Shown: piece by piece, positions 42,816 to 57,426 of the stretch
Position numbering within the stretch: position 1 is the stretch's first letter
How the letters are laid out: each line of letters starts with the position of its first letter
NCBI RefSeq assembly: GCF_009914755.1
Contig: NC_060925.1
Direction: 5' to 3' (one strand)
DNA: 64,000 nt
From: the human T2T-CHM13v2.0 reference genome, Homo sapiens
Position numbers and translations under genes: made by a program
Notes under the pieces: model-generated
Databases searched by the model: none
The model's input: the letters and a program-made list of their open reading frames with translations, nothing else
Told to the model about the DNA's origin: nothing

Positions 42816-44581
42816 TTTCCAGCACAATCCTTTTAAAACCTCTGAGTCAACCGCTCTTTGACCTCAGTTGAGCCTCCAATTGATTAATCCTACTTCCTTT
42901 TTGCTATCTCACTTTCTTCGTTGGTTAGCTCAGATTTCAAAGGCCAACATGGTAATCAATGTTGTGTTTATACCCTCAAATTTCTCACTCTCTCACCTAT
43001 TTGGTGCTTGCTTCAGTGATAAAGGGGGGCAGGAGAGGGGGAGTCAAAGGCCCAGGCATGGGACAGGGCAGCCATCTAGGGTCCAAGACCTCACTTTCAA
43101 TTCATGAAAGGGAATCTTTCTTCCCCATGCCTGCTGTTTTCTTCCATGTGGGGACATGAACTAGTGTCACACTCCTGGCTTCCTTCTACTCTCCCACTTG
43201 CCCTTCTCTACTGCACTCCTGCCAGATGGAATAACATACCTGATTAGTGGCTTTGGAAGGAGAACTGAGCCTGCACCAGATGGGGACACCTTCCTTGCCT
43301 CTCTCCTCTTGGCAACAAGCGCCTACAAGGAGCCACTCATTTCCTGACCTATTTCCTCCATGCTGTTAGTTTCAGAGAAGCCTCTCTTGGAGAGGTCTGG
43401 GAGGGTTCACTGAAGCTTGGGTCTGGATGGGTAAGCCTGTCTAATTCTGGTATTCAGTAAGTGAAAGGTCAAATCTAAGCCACATTTCCCAGCTATTAAT
43501 GTCTTTCCTTCTAAAGGGAGCTTGCTGCCTTCGATGAGCATTGATTTCCCTCTGTTCATGGAGGATGAAGGCAAAACTCCCAATGGAATCAACCTTTTCT
43601 TCTCTCCCTCTCTCTCTCTTTCTCTCTTGTCTCTACCCACCAACCAGTCTGTCCCTGGAGAGAACGTGCCCTCGACTGCACCTCTGCACCAGAGGCTTGG
43701 ATAGGTGCAACACAAATGCTTGTCAGATCAAATAAAATAATGATGTTATTATGTCTTAAAGAAGACCATGTTTGAGGGGTAAGAGAAAAATGGGGTCTGG
43801 AGTTTGGTGCTTAATCTTAAAGACCCAACAATAACATCAAATTTTAAGTGATCTCAAACCCTTCGTGCTGCCTGGCAATTCCAGCTGATTTCCTCAGTCA
43901 ACTCACTCTTCCAGTCAAGAGATTATTTCACTGATTCTTCTCTCTTCTCAAGCCCTCTTGCTTTTAACTCTTGGGTTTGCTTCTTATTTTCCTGAAAAAA
44001 TAAAAGCATAGTAAGACAGCTTCCGCATATGTACCACTAAGTCCACTAAATGTCCACATCTGTATCCTCATATGCTGTCTGCCCTCCTATTAACAATGCA
44101 AGGCTCCTTCTGTAACTATGTTCTTCTCCAAGGCCAGCCCTCACCTGGGCCCTGTGTCTCTTCTTCCGCCATGCAATGACCTTGCTCTTACCATCATCCC
44201 CTCTTCTGCATCAGTTTCTCTCTTTCTACTGGATTATTCAGATAAACATACAAATGTACTGTGATATCTCCCACCCTTAACAAACAAACAACACCTTTCT
44301 CCTACATATCCTCTTCCAGTTGCTGCTTCATTTTTCTGATTCTCATTGTGGCAAAATTCCTTGAAAAAGTTGTTATATTTGCTGTCTTCACCAACTCTTC
44401 CTTCATTTTCTCTTGACTATATTCCAGTCAGGCTTTCCTCCCCATCCTTCCACATCCCCCTAACTCCATTGTCAGGATAATCAATGAACTCCACATTGCC
44501 AAATCCAGTGACCAGCTCTTGGTTCTCATTTTACTTGACCTATTAGCATTGTACAAATCTGATCCGGCCTTCCTCCTTCTT

Positions 44582-44666
44582 CTTCATTTTTATTTGTTTT
44601 TTTTTTTTTTTTTTGAGTGGTTTTAGGTTCAGAACAAACTTAAGAAGAATGAACAGAGATGTCCCC
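44582..44666 (-). mobile_element. Very short L1MC/MD-type 3' terminus with poly-T
   Basis: Poly-T plus 'gagtggttttaggttcagaacaaact..' similar to 52398-52450; flanked by CCTCCTTCTT at 44572 and 44667. Confidence 0.55.
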
Positions 44667-44674
44667 CCTCCTTC

Positions 44675-45017
<343 letters not shown>

Positions 45018-45674
45018 TGAGTCATCCTTCCCTATAGGTACTTCAATCTCAGTGACTACCCCTTCTCAATCTCCTTTGCTGGGTGCTGCAGCTTCCTGAA
45101 TTCTGAATGGGAGAGTGCCTAGGGCTCCAGCCTCAGACCTCATCCTTTCTTCAGCCATATCTCATTTGGTCTGTGGCTTTATGTACCAGCTATGTGCTAA
45201 GTCATAAACATTAAAATTCCAGTATGGGCCCCTTCCCTGTACCCCAGACAGATCTCAATCACCTTCTCAACACATCTTCCTGGATGTCTAATGAGTGTGT
45301 GAAACCCATGTGTCAAAACTTGAACTTCTGATCTTTGCCCCTAAACCTATAGACTTTCCCATCTCAGTAAATGACAACTTCACTCTTCTAGTTGCTTTGG
45401 AAAATCTCCTTCCTTTTCTCTTCCTCCTGCTGCTCCTTGCCCCAAGGCCTTTGTACTCTCTGCCCGAGATGCTCTTCCCCCTAGTTATCCATCCACATGG
45501 CTTGCTTCTTCCTCTCATTAGGGCATCTTCCATAATGGCATCATCTCAGAGAAAACTTCCCTGACTAAGAAACAAGACCCTCTTTCTCCCCACAATCACC
45601 CCTGCTTTGTTTTTCTTCAAAATACTTGTTCCTATTTGATATTAACCCTATTATTGTTTAAAGTGTATCTCCCC

Positions 45675-46376
45675 CCATCTCATGCCAGTTAGAATGGCGA
45701 TCATTAAGAAGTCAGGAAACAACAGATGCTGGAGAGGATGTGGAGAAATAGGAGCGCTTTTACACTGTTGGTGGGAGTGTAAATTAGTTCAACCATTGTG
45801 GAAGACAGTGTGGTACAAGGATCTAGAACTAGAAATACCATTTGACCCAGCCATCCCATTACTGGGTATATACCCAAAGAATTATAAATCATGCTGCTAT
45901 AAAGACATATGCACACATATGTTTATTGCGGCACTATTCACAATAGCAAAGACTTGGAACCAACCCAAATGTCTATCAGTGATAGACTGGATTAAGAAAT
46001 TGTGGCACATATATACCATGGAATATTATGCAGCCTTAAAAAAAGATGAGTTCATGTCTTTGCAGGGACATGGATGAAGCTGGAAACCATCATTCTCAAC
46101 AAACTACCACAAGAACAGAAAACCAAACACTACGTGTTCTCACTCATAGGTGGGACTTGAACAATGAGAACACTTGGACACAGGGTGGGGAACATCACAC
46201 CCCAGGGCCTGTCGGGGGGTGGGGAGCTTGGGGAGGGATAGCATTATGAGAAATACCTAATGTAAATGACGAGTTAATGGGTGCAGCAAACCAACGTGGC
46301 ACATGTATACATATGTAATAAACCTGCACGTTGTGCACATGTACCCTAGAACTTAAAGTATAATAAAATAAAATAA
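45675..46376 (+). mobile_element. 5'-truncated L1PA6-like (ORF2 C-terminus, 3'UTR, A-tail)
   Basis: ORF ...[19 protein letters not shown]..; primate L1 3'UTR; TSD ATCTCCCC at 45667-45674 and 46377-46384. Confidence 0.96.
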
Positions 46377-46999
46377 ATCTCCCCACTGGAAGGTAACTTT
46401 TTGAAGGCAGCAAGTTTGAACACTTTGTTTACTACTCTGATCCCTAACACTTACAACAGTATCATTTAAAACATAGCAGCCACTTGGTTTAAGAATGAAC
46501 TTCCAGGGAGTCAAAGTTGTTCAAAAGCACAAGGCTGCTTCAGAAAGCTGCCTCTCAGAGTCATTGCATTAGGCAAGCAGTGACCATCTGGGCGGGCATC
46601 AGGGACATGAATAAGTATTGGGGTTAACTGAACCCAAGACTCCATGATTCTGGGGGATTGTGCTCCCTGAAGTCATCAGTAGCTCCCTGAACAAAGAACC
46701 CACAGGTCTTTCTCATTTATAACACTTACAGATGAAGTTTTCTCTCTCCTTTCCCTCGGCTTAAGAGGCAGCACTGAGTTGACCAAGTCCTCCACCCATT
46801 CTCTGACCACCACTCAGACAGACCCCTTTGCTGGCTCCTCTTTCTCTTGCTAGCCCTTTAAACCTGTGTGTTGCCAAACAGTTTTTTTACTTTAACACTC
46901 TCTCTAAATGCCTGTTAATCATTATCTAAGATGATAGCATGAGAAAGATTGCAAAAATGCTAGGAGTAATATTTAAAAAGCACAATACATTTTGCTTTG

Positions 47000-47230
47000 C
47001 ATGTTGGTGAAGTCTCCTGATTTTTATTCAGAAGACCTAGGCTTGAGCTACTTACCCATTTTGTGTCTGGGGTCAAGACTCTTAACTTCTCTAGGCTTCT
47101 ATTTCTGCATTTATAAAACAAGGAGAATAATATCTCACCTTACATGCATTATCTTAATGTATGAGGTTTGGGTGATACATGTGTGGATAGGTTTTATAAA
47201 ATATCATCTGATCTATAAATAGAGATTTTA
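47000..47230 (+). mobile_element. MIR
   Basis: 'tcagaagacctagg...ttaacttctctaggcttctatttctgcatttataaaac'. Confidence 0.6.
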
Positions 47231-47293
47231 TTATGATAGACCATAAAAAGGGGTCACTAAACCATTGTCTATAGAAGATAATAATTGATATAG

Positions 47294-47602
47294 GGCTGGG
47301 CATGGTGGCTTACACCTGTAATCCCAGCACTTTGGGAGGCCAAGGTCGGCAGATCCCTTGAGGTTAGGAGTTCAAGACCACCCTGGCCAACATGGCAAAA
47401 CTCTGCCTGTACTAAAAATATAAAAATTAGCCTGGTGTGGTGGCAGGTACCTGTAATCCCAGCTACTCAGGAGGCTGAGGTACGAGAATCTCTTGAACCC
47501 AGGAGGTGGAGGTTGCAGTGAACTGAGATAGCACCACTCCACTCCAACCTAGGCAACAGAGCAAGACCCTGTCTCAAATAATAATAATAATCATAATAAT
47601 AA
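47294..47602 (+). mobile_element. AluS with (TAA)n tail
   Basis: Dimeric Alu; TSD ATAATTG(A/G)TATAG. Confidence 0.96.
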
Positions 47603-47853
47603 TTGGTATAGGCAATTGTCTTTTCATGTCTGTGTCTGTAAGGAGAAAGTCGTACTTGTAGGCCTGTGATTGTTTTTAGGCCCTCTCTCAAGATCCAATC
47701 AAATCAGTAATGCACTGTAACTGCCCATAGACCCAGGCTTATAGCCTCAAATAATCTACAAATATGCAACCAAAATAATTAAGCTGAAGTGCTTCTTTTG
47801 TCCAAATAAATCAGGCCACTTTTTCATATATAGAAATTAACAGTTCCTGAATC

Positions 47854-48138
47854 TTTTTTTTTTTTTTTTGACAGGTTCTTGCTCTGTTGCCCAGGCTGGG
47901 GTCTAGTGGTACAATCATGGCTCACTGCAGCATTGACCTCCTGAGCTCAAGCCGTCTTCTCACCTCAGCCTCCCAAGTAGCTGGGACTACAGGTGCACAT
48001 CACCACATCCAGTTAATTTTTAATTTTTTGTAGAGACAAGGCCTCACTATGTTGTCAGGTTGATCTTGAAATCCTGGGCTCAATTGATCCTCCCACACTG
48101 GCTCTCTGGGATTACAGGCATGAGCCACTGCACCCAGC
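47854..48138 (-). mobile_element. AluJ-like
   Basis: Reverse Alu; TSD CCTGAATCTT. Confidence 0.95.
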
Positions 48139-48774
48139 CCCCTGAATCTTCCTTGACTTCATTCACACCAGCCCTGCCTGTTTGCTGAAGGTTGCTGGAA
48201 TCTGGCTGGATCATCTTTCCAGGAAAGGGGGCTTATTTGGGGTTTCAGGCAGGCATATCAGCACATTCCTGTATAAGACTAGGGGAGTTTCAGCATATTC
48301 CAGGCTGACCTTTCCTTTCAGTTGCAGATCAGACAGAGTCAACCTTAGTTTTATTTAGTTGGTTTATTGTTGTTGTTTTCCCTCTGTGACATAGAAGCGT
48401 GCACTTTGAGGGGGAAAAAAAATCCTACCTGTTTTACAGTTAGTTCCATGAGAAGCCAAACTAGTTATTAAAAGTAAGAAATATTTTAAGTTGCTCAGCT
48501 GAAATTTTAACAGCTCTTGTCTAATCGTTAACATACAAACCTCCCTAACCAGAATATTTGTGGGGGATGACTTCTTAACAGGATCTAAAATCAGCAGTTT
48601 CCCAAAAAGCCTGTTAAAAATTACACATCTGGAATTTTGTCCTAGTCTGACTAGGCTGCTGAATTCCCTTTTGATGTTTCCTGGGGGGTGGGGAAGAGAT
48701 AAATAGCCTGATTTCATTTAATGTAGTACATTTCTTTGAAATCTGGTGTCAAATTTTGAGTATTTGCTGAAAGG

Positions 48775-48872
48775 TAGGGTGACCAATCATCCTGGTTTTC
48801 TTGGGATTGAGGGGTTTCCAAGGACACAGGATTTTCTTTGATTTGGGAGGCCAAGTTGAGCTGATCATCCTA
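48775..48872. mobile_element. MER81/MER94-like hAT-Blackjack MITE
   Basis: Terminal inverted repeats 'tagggtgacca' and 'tgatcatccta'. Confidence 0.65.
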
Positions 48873-48879
48873 AAAAGGA

Positions 48880-49030
48880 AACCCTAGTCCAAATCACTCA
48901 CAGGACAGGTGAAGAAACTGAGGCCCAGCAAGATGAAATCATTTGCCACCATATTACATAGTTAGCCAACACTGACTGCATTGCTGGGACCAGAACCCAA
49001 ATCTTCTAAGTCTTAGTTCAAAGCTCCACT
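48880..49030 (-). mobile_element. MIR
   Basis: 'acaggtgaagaaactgaggcccag...gctgggaccagaacccaaatcttct'. Confidence 0.7.
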
Positions 49031-49194
49031 GACCCACTTGACTTCTCCAAACTTAAGTTTGATGACTGGTTTGTCGGTATTTGACTGCTTTATTTAATTT
49101 ATATGTGAGCAGAGGAAAGCGATAGTCCAAGTACATTCTAATCAGTGATCATAAAGACACAGATGTTCTAAAGCAACATAAAAGTAACATCTAC

Positions 49195-50075
49195 TGAACA
49201 CCCATGTTCATAACAGCATTACTCACAATAGCTAGAATGTGAAAGCAACCCAAATGTTCATGGATGGATGAATGGATAAGCCAAGTGTGGTATATACATA
49301 CAATGAACTATGCGATTCAGTCTTAAAAAGGAAGGAAATTCTGACATTTGCTTCAACAAAAATGAATTCTGGGACATTATACTAAGTCAAATAAGCCAAT
49401 CACCAAAAGACAAATTCTGTATGATTCTACTTTTATGAGGTACTCTATGAGTGGATACTTACAGATCTAAGATATAAATACTATACTTAGAGTATTTGTC
49501 TACTCTAAGTAGTCAAAATCACAGAGCCAGAAAGTAGAATGGTGGTTTGCTGTCAGCTTGAGGGAGGGAGGAATGGAAGTTATTGTTTAACAGGAACAGA
49601 ATTTCAGCTTTGTCAGATAAAGAGAGTTCTGGCTAGGCACGGTGACTCAGGCCTGTAATCCCAGCACTTTGGGAAGCCGAGGTGGGCGGGTTGTTTTAGC
49701 CCGGGAGTTTAAGACCAGCCTGGGCAACATGGCAAGACCTCATCTCTACAAAAAAAACAAAAAAACAAAAAAACAAAAATTAGCCAGGCTTGCTGATACA
49801 TGCCTGTAGTCCCTGCTATTAGGGAGGCTAAAGTGGGAGGATTGTTTGAGCCCTGGTGTTTGAGGACGCAGTGAGCTATGATGTTGCCACTGCACTCCCA
49901 GCCCAGGTGACAGAGCGAGTCTCAAAAAATAAAAGAAAGAGTTCTGGAGATGAATGTAATGATGGTTGCACAACAATATAAATGTACTTAATAACACTGA
50001 ACTGTACACTTAAAAATGGTTGATAGTACATTTTATGTTGGATCTATTTTATCACATTTTTTTAATGGAAAAATA
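49195..50075 (+). mobile_element. L1MB-like 3' end, with an Alu inserted
   Basis: 'cacccatgttcataacagcattactcacaatagc...aaggaaggaaattctgac...ctgaactgtacacttaaaaatggtt'. Confidence 0.88.
49631..49935 (+). mobile_element. AluJ-like inside the L1MB
   Basis: Dimeric Alu; TSD AGAGTTCT(GG). Confidence 0.94.
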
Positions 50076-50385
50076 AAATAATAACTACAAATAGCTCATC
50101 TATTCCATTGGTGCAATGTTTCTGTTAAAGAGGTCTGCAAAGTGCTTTGCAGCCATTTATTAGCTTTGGGATGTTTTGTCAAATCAAACCACATTCTTTA
50201 GATAAGGAGTTTGGTTTGCTTTGATATTTAGTGACCTTCCCTTAGCTAGGGCATAGAATTTCCAGATGTGCAACACTCCCAACTTCTAGCTGCAAGCTCA
50301 CAGCCTGGCACACAGTAAGTGCTCCATAAACATTTTTTAAATAAATAAATAACAGCAAGGACTAATATTTATTTGAAGCATTTAT

Positions 50386-50615
50386 TCAGAGGTGGGTTGA
50401 ACTTGAAGCTGGTGACGCTTAAGCTTCAGGATGTCTCACTTTAATAAGCCTTTTTCTAGACCTTGTGTGCGGGCGAGGGGAGGACCTGAGCAATGTGTTC
50501 ACATAGTCACATATTCATATAAAACTTGCAAAAGTAAGATTTATCTTCTTTTCATTAAAGAGGGCTTCCGAAGTTGTGTAGTCTTCAAGTCCCATGAAAC
50601 CCAAATCTGTCCCTG
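50386..50615. mobile_element. MER53-like hAT element inside a MIR (MIR continues to ~50800)
   Basis: 'cagaggtggg..tgaagctggtgacgcttaagcttcagg...aaagagggc...aaacccaaatctgtccctg'. Confidence 0.65.
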
Positions 50616-50868
50616 TACTTACTGCCTTTCTAAGTACTCTATGAATTCCTTTCCATGGTTTCCTCATGCAATTCTCACAACAACCCTATGAGGTAGAAGC
50701 TATTATATTCACTTCTGAGATGAGGAAATTGGGCAGCTCCACCATGGTTACCCCATGAGGGAGTGATAGGCAAGGACTTTCACTCTGGCATTTGAGACTA
50801 ACTCTACAACTCCACTGAACACTAGGGATGGCCAAACCTAACTCTAGCTCATGTTAAATTAGGCATGT

Positions 50869-51165
50869 AGCCAGGTGTGGTGGTGCGTGCCTGTAATCCC
50901 AACACTTTGGAAGGCCGAGATGGGAGGATCTCTTGACCCCCAGAGTTCGAGACCAGCCTGGGCAACACAGCAAGACCTCATTCCTACGAAAGAGTTAAAA
51001 ATTAGCCAGGTGTGGTGGTGCATCCCTGTAGTCCCAGCCAGTTGCGAGGCTGAGGTGGGAGGATCTGTTGAGTGCAGGAATTTGAGGCCGCAGTGAACTA
51101 TAATTGCACCACTGTATTCCAGCCTGGGTGACGGACCAAGATCCTGTCTTAGAAAAAAGAAAAAA
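50869..51165 (+). mobile_element. AluJ-like
   Basis: Dimeric Alu; TSD AAATTAGG(CA/TG)TG. Confidence 0.95.
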
Positions 51166-52389
51166 AATTAGGTGTGGTCTTGGTAAATACTACAATTTCA
51201 CCTGATGTAACTGTAATAGCAACAATTGCATGATTGGCTGGTCTTTAAAAATAACCTGTGATTTGGGGAAAACATTTATTTTACAGGTTTTTTCCTGTCC
51301 CTATAATACTCACTTCATATTTTTGTTTGGTAAGATAGAAGGAAGTTTGGGAAAGGGGAAAATGAAAAGGGCAAGGCCAAAGAGGAGAAAGGAACAGAGA
51401 TGTCATCCTATGTTAAGGAAGATTCTCCTCGCCCCCTCCACAGTTTCTTTCTCTTTCTTTTTGAAGGATGTGCAAGGGTGCTTTGTCTCTTGGGGAGTTC
51501 CACTCCCGTTTCAACTGTTCTCTGAATCTGCTCAACTTCTGCATTAGAGTCCCTATTTCTAGTCTGACAGTCCTACAAGTCAAAGGGCAGAAAGGAATCT
51601 TTCCTGTAAACATCCTCTGGGCCACTCCTGGAAAAGGTGACCAGCAACCACCGCTTCCTGTCTTTATTCTGACTCTTGGAGCAAATAATACAGTTTTCTA
51701 TTCCTCTAAGATTTCTTGGAGCCAATAGGAGAACAGAACTGAAAACGTCATAGGACTGAAAATATCCTCCTATTGAGGATGCTGCTTTCTTTAGATTCAG
51801 GTTCTCCGCTTTAAAAAGTCATTCCCACCCCTGGCTTCCACACAGATGCTGGGGATACGCACTGTGCCTGGCACTTAGGAAATGCTGCTCACTGACTCCC
51901 ACCTCCTCAGAGAGGTGCTGCCATTAACCCAAAGACAACCCCTCCCCAGTTTTGTGTCCCCCTCCCCCACTGCCCAGAGTTTTCTGTCTTGATTTCCCTA
52001 TTTCTGACTGCAGTGCAGTTATCACCCAGCTGGTCAAACCCCAGGGTCACTCTGCCCACCCTTCGCTTCCCTCAGACTTCATTAATCACCAAGTACCATG
52101 GGATTTCCTTCCTATTCATGCCCATACTCATTCTCTGTTTTCCATTTTCTTTGCTGATACTTTGTTCAATGCCCTGCTTATTTTGGGCCTGGGACATTAC
52201 AATTGCTTCCTGGCGGGGTTCCCTGCCTTTAGAGTCGCTCCCTGCTAAAAGTGGATTTGTCATGTAGCTAACAAATCTCAAGCTCCAGGACAGATGCTTG
52301 TACCTAATTTTGTATCTTGTGACTTTATATTCTCGATCTGCCCCACCCCCTATCCATTTGGCACTCAGCTGCCAGATTAATCCTTTTTA

Positions 52390-52592
52390 CAATAGGTTTT
52401 ATTTTTTGAGCAGTTTTAGATTCACAGCAATATTGAGCAGAAAGTACAAAGAGTTCCTGTGTGTCTCGTGTCCCCAGACACACACACAGCCTCTCTGATT
52501 ATCAGCATCCCACATCAGTATATTTGTTTCAGTCAATGAACCTACATTGATACATCATTATCTCCAGAAGTCCATAGTTGACATTGAGTTTA
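52390..52592 (-). mobile_element. L1MC/MD 3' end inside an L2
   Basis: 'ttttgagcagttttagattcacagcaatattgagcagaaagtac...aatgaacctacattgatacatcattat..aagtccatagtt'; flanks TTAATC(C/T)TTTT. Confidence 0.8.
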
Positions 52593-52609
52593 ATCTTTTA
52601 AAAATACTA

Positions 52610-52940
<331 letters not shown>

Positions 52941-53428
52941 TCACTGGTCTGCTTTAAAACTATTCATAAAAATGCTGACCATCAGGACATATTTCAGAAT
53001 TCAAGGAAAAAATTGAAAAAATAAAATAAAATTCTGTCCATATCTCCAAAGTCTATGTCCTTACTTGGATATTCAAGGCTTTCCACGATCTTCCCCAGCT
53101 TTCAACCTGATTTCTCAAGAGTCATCTGCGCATGCCCTTTGCAGGGGGTGCTCTTCACCGACTCCTACCCGCTGTCCCCATCATCACATCTGTGGCTCTG
53201 CTACACGTAAAATCTGATTGAATTCAACTCCACAAAAATGTGCTGTGACTTACTTAATCTAGGATGTCTATCTGCCTCCATTCTGACCATGAAAAACCCA
53301 CCCAGTTTACTATGCCAGTCCACGAGCCCCTCCTGGCTGCAATCCTGTTTGCCTCAATAGCAGTAGTTTCTAGCTTGAGAGGGGTTGAAGTGGACTAGTA
53401 AGACTTTTAAAAACAATAATAAAGTACA

Positions 53429-53718
<290 letters not shown>

Positions 53719-54019
53719 TTATTCTGCCAAATAAGAACTTAAAAAACAACTACCACCATCACAGTATCTTATTTTAAAAAAGACATTTACTAATCAAAAA
53801 GCATAAAAGGCATAATATCAGAATAACTGTTGGTTCTTCAAATGTAATTCACTTAGCTTTAGGAAAAAAATCATTTTTAAAAAAAATTGTATGACTGTCT
53901 GAGGTACTGAAAACTGTTCAGACTGGCATTTGGGAGTGATTCTACAGTGCTTCTGGTCTCCACCACCTGTTTCGCATTTAATCACAGGCTGCCTTGGGGC
54001 ACATTTTCATTGTTGCCTC

Positions 54020-54165
54020 TCTATTTAACTTCTTGTGCACATATGTTATTTCCCCAACTGGAAGGTAAGCTTTATAAGGAATCTGTAAAAGGACTGCACG
54101 CTTAACTTTCCAGCAAGGCTTTGCACACAGAAAATGTTCAATAAATATTTGTTGAATGAATGAAT
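54020..54165 (+). mobile_element. L2 3' end
   Basis: 'caataaatatttgttgaatgaatgaat' terminus. Confidence 0.75.
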
Positions 54166-54784
54166 CAACCTTTTCTAAGCCTGTGCTAACCAATAAATCT
54201 CCTCTTAATGAGATCTGAGCGCCCCATCCTGAGGCAATTTCTCTCAACAGACTTCTTTAAAATGAATTATCCAGTACAAATTGCTTTACTTTTGAGTGAA
54301 GCCTAAAAATAAAAATTGTTTAAACCTGATATGAAAAGTAAACAGTTTTTTCCTCAGGGCAGTAGCAAGCCCCAACAGGGAGGAGAATCAAGACACAAAC
54401 ACACTTCTGTACCCGCCATTTAATTGATCCTAGTTATTTTGGGCTTTGTTGGTAGGCATGCACACAGTCCATGCTTCTGGCTTGACTTGACTGCATAGGG
54501 TGGTTGGCATTCTTTCTGGGGCTCTCACCCCTGTGCCTAAAGCCTCCACGATAACCATGTTGTGCCTTTCCCTCTCTCTACTCGGGTAACTTGGAAAGAA
54601 AGGTTAGGAAGAAGCTTAACATCTGGCTAGCCAAGCCTTGGTTTTAGATTCCAGAGTTGATACAGAGCAATTCAGAAAAGTGTCTTTTGGATTTAAAGCA
54701 TTGTTTTTGCTCAGGATCTCGAGTTACCTTCAAAAAATTTAAATAAGATAAGGCCACATCCTTGCTTAAAACATTCATCAACTT

Positions 54785-55150
54785 TCAATTCAATTCCATT
54801 CAACGGCTATTGATTGAAGACCTGGCCCTGAAGAACAGAGCCGGAATGCCAGGCCCTGTTCTAGATGTTGGGGATATGTCAGTAAACAAAGCAGACAAAA
54901 CTTTCTGCCTCACCGAAGCTTAGAGGGAGGTAGGAGTGAGGTGGGGGAGACAAACAAGAAAGATAATGAATAAATAACATATTATTTCTGTGTTAGAAGG
55001 TGATAGATGCAATGGAAACTAATTGGAGCAAGGGGGTGTTGCAATTGGGACGGGAGGGACAGAGGAGGCCTCGTTGAGAACGTGGGTGGAGCAAAGGCTT
55101 GGAGGAGGTGAAAGGTGTGGCCATGAGACCATTTGGGAGAAGAGGAAATG
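54785..55150 (-). mobile_element. L2 3' end
   Basis: 'tgccaggccctgttctagatgttgggga..cagtaaacaaagcagac...agcaaaggcttggaggaggtg'; a plus-strand L2 follows at ~55160-55450. Confidence 0.7.
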
Positions 55151-55970
55151 CCTTCCATATCATGACCTCACCCAGCACCCTCTCACCCTGTGGCCCTCCC
55201 ACACGGATCTCCAGCAGCCCCTGCAGTCTCCTCCCCACCTCCAGGCTTCACACACATTGTTTCATCCTCAGGACTGTATTTTCCTTCCCTGTCTCTTGAC
55301 CAACTCCTCATCCTTCCGACCTCAATCTAAATGCCACCTCCTCTGGTGGGCTTTTTTTTGCTGCCCCTCATCCATTATAACTTAGATGCCCTGCCACAGT
55401 CATAGCCCTCCCTTCAGATACTTAATAAATACTGTTTGAATGAATGAACAAAGAAAAGGGCTCAAAGCGGGTGTTGAGGACGGGGATTCTGACTCATTGA
55501 TTTATCCCCAGTGCTGGGCACATTGTTGAAGGTATTTGGTAGACTTTATCTTCATAAATAAGCTCCATTATCAAGGATGGATAGAATGATTATGTTATGG
55601 CTTACTTAAATTTAAGCATAATAATACTATAAACAAGATTTGTTAAAGGGGGAGTGAAGCATTAAATTGTGTTACGGGGAATGAATTCCCTCCTTCCTTC
55701 ACTTTTTCCAATGAAGCAGGCCTTGGTTTCAGTCCTTGGCCCAGACGAGCCCTTTTCAAGGAACATTTCCCACCAGTGACGGTGCCTTCCTGTCTGAGAT
55801 CAGCATGTCCTTCAATTTATTCTGCAACTCAGTCAAATTAATTAAAACTAGATTTGTCCTGAGAGTTTGTTCGTTAAGATGTCACTGTATATCAAATTCC
55901 CAATTATCTGGGATAATTAAAACATCCTAACTTTTTCCCCGAATTATTTATACTTTTGGGAGTATCCCCT

Positions 55971-56444
55971 TGTAGGGTTCAGGACACACTACCCCAAAAT
56001 ATGGCACCTTGGCACTTCAGAAAACCCCAGAGGCAGGAAGGTTACTCTCACCTTCCCCTTGCCTTTCTCTTAGAAGCAGGTCATAAAACCTTCTTTCCAG
56101 AGGTGCCCACCCTGTAGCCGGGGGAAGGAACGTCCCTGTCTTTGAAGACACAGAGACACAGAGAAGAATCTGAACAAACAAGCCTTGCTAAGTTCCCCCT
56201 AGTTTATTAGCATTAGATCATACAGTTTTGTCTAATCATCTCCACAATCATCCACTTATTCATCAAACTTAGCATAAAAACCCACAGGTTTCTCTGTCTC
56301 TTTGGATCTTCATTTCCGAAGCTATGCCATATAAAACTTACATATTAAATACATTTATATGCTTTTCTTTTTTTAATCTGTCTTTTGTTATAGATGCCTC
56401 AGCCATGAACCCAGCAATGAGTGAGAAATTTTTCCTCCCTTACA
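55971..56444 (+). mobile_element. MER39/MER34-like ERV1 solo LTR
   Basis: TG...CA ends; 'ctaccccaaaatatggcaccttggca', 'gagaagaatctgaacaaaca.gccttgctaagttcccc'. Confidence 0.8.
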
Positions 56445-56449
56445 CTCCA

Positions 56450-57426
56450 AAGGTATATTTTTATTGCTATTTGCTCAGGAAATGCCGTAAGGATGATTTA
56501 ACGATTTCAAATCACCACCTCATTTGACATGCATTTTAGGTAACATAAAAATCATGCAATATGATTGAAACAAAAGAAATTAATTAGAGCAAAGAGAAAA
56601 ATACAAGCAAGGCAGTAAAGTGAAACAAGAAATAAAACCACTCACCACTCACGACACGGAAATTCCAACTGTAAAGACTCAAGTCTTTTCTGGAGGGGGA
56701 TCACACATTTGGCTCTGAGCAATGAAGAAAACAGACAAGTTATAGGATTCACAGTGTTTTATAACATACATACCACGGTCTCAGGAGCCTTAAGACCTGA
56801 AAGACGTTTCTCCCATATGTCCTCAAAAGGGACACTGATGTCATGAATGACACTTAAAGCAGATGAGTTTCCAATAGCTGTTTCTTATGGTATCACTCCA
56901 GGAGCCTTTAACCTAGGGCCTAATGACAAAGTGAGGTCCTTTAAAATTCAGTTCTCTGAGGGAATGACATGATGCAGTTCACAAATGAAGTTTTTTAAGT
57001 ATCTGACTTGATGCACAGATAAAGTTTAAAATATCTAAAATATCTAAAAGAAGGCCAAGTGTTGTGGCTTCCATTTGTAATGCCAGCACTTCAGGAGGCC
57101 GAGGTGGGAGGCTTGCTTGAACTCGGGAATTTAAAACCAGCCTGGGCAACATAGGGAGACCCTTTCTCTTTAAAAAGTGTAAAAATTAGCTGGGCATGGT
57201 GGCTCATGCCTGTGGTCCCAACTACCCAGGAGACTGAGGCAGGAGGATTGCTTGAACCCAAGAGGTCAAGGCTGCAGTGAGCTGTGATCACCACCACTGC
57301 ACTCGAGCCTGGGAGACAGAGTGAGCCTCCATCTTGAAAAAAAATAAAAGAAATAAAAGAAAAAGGAAAGGAAAGGGAAGGAAGGAAGAAAGAAAAAAAG
57401 AAAGAAAAGAAAGAAAGAAAGAAAAA

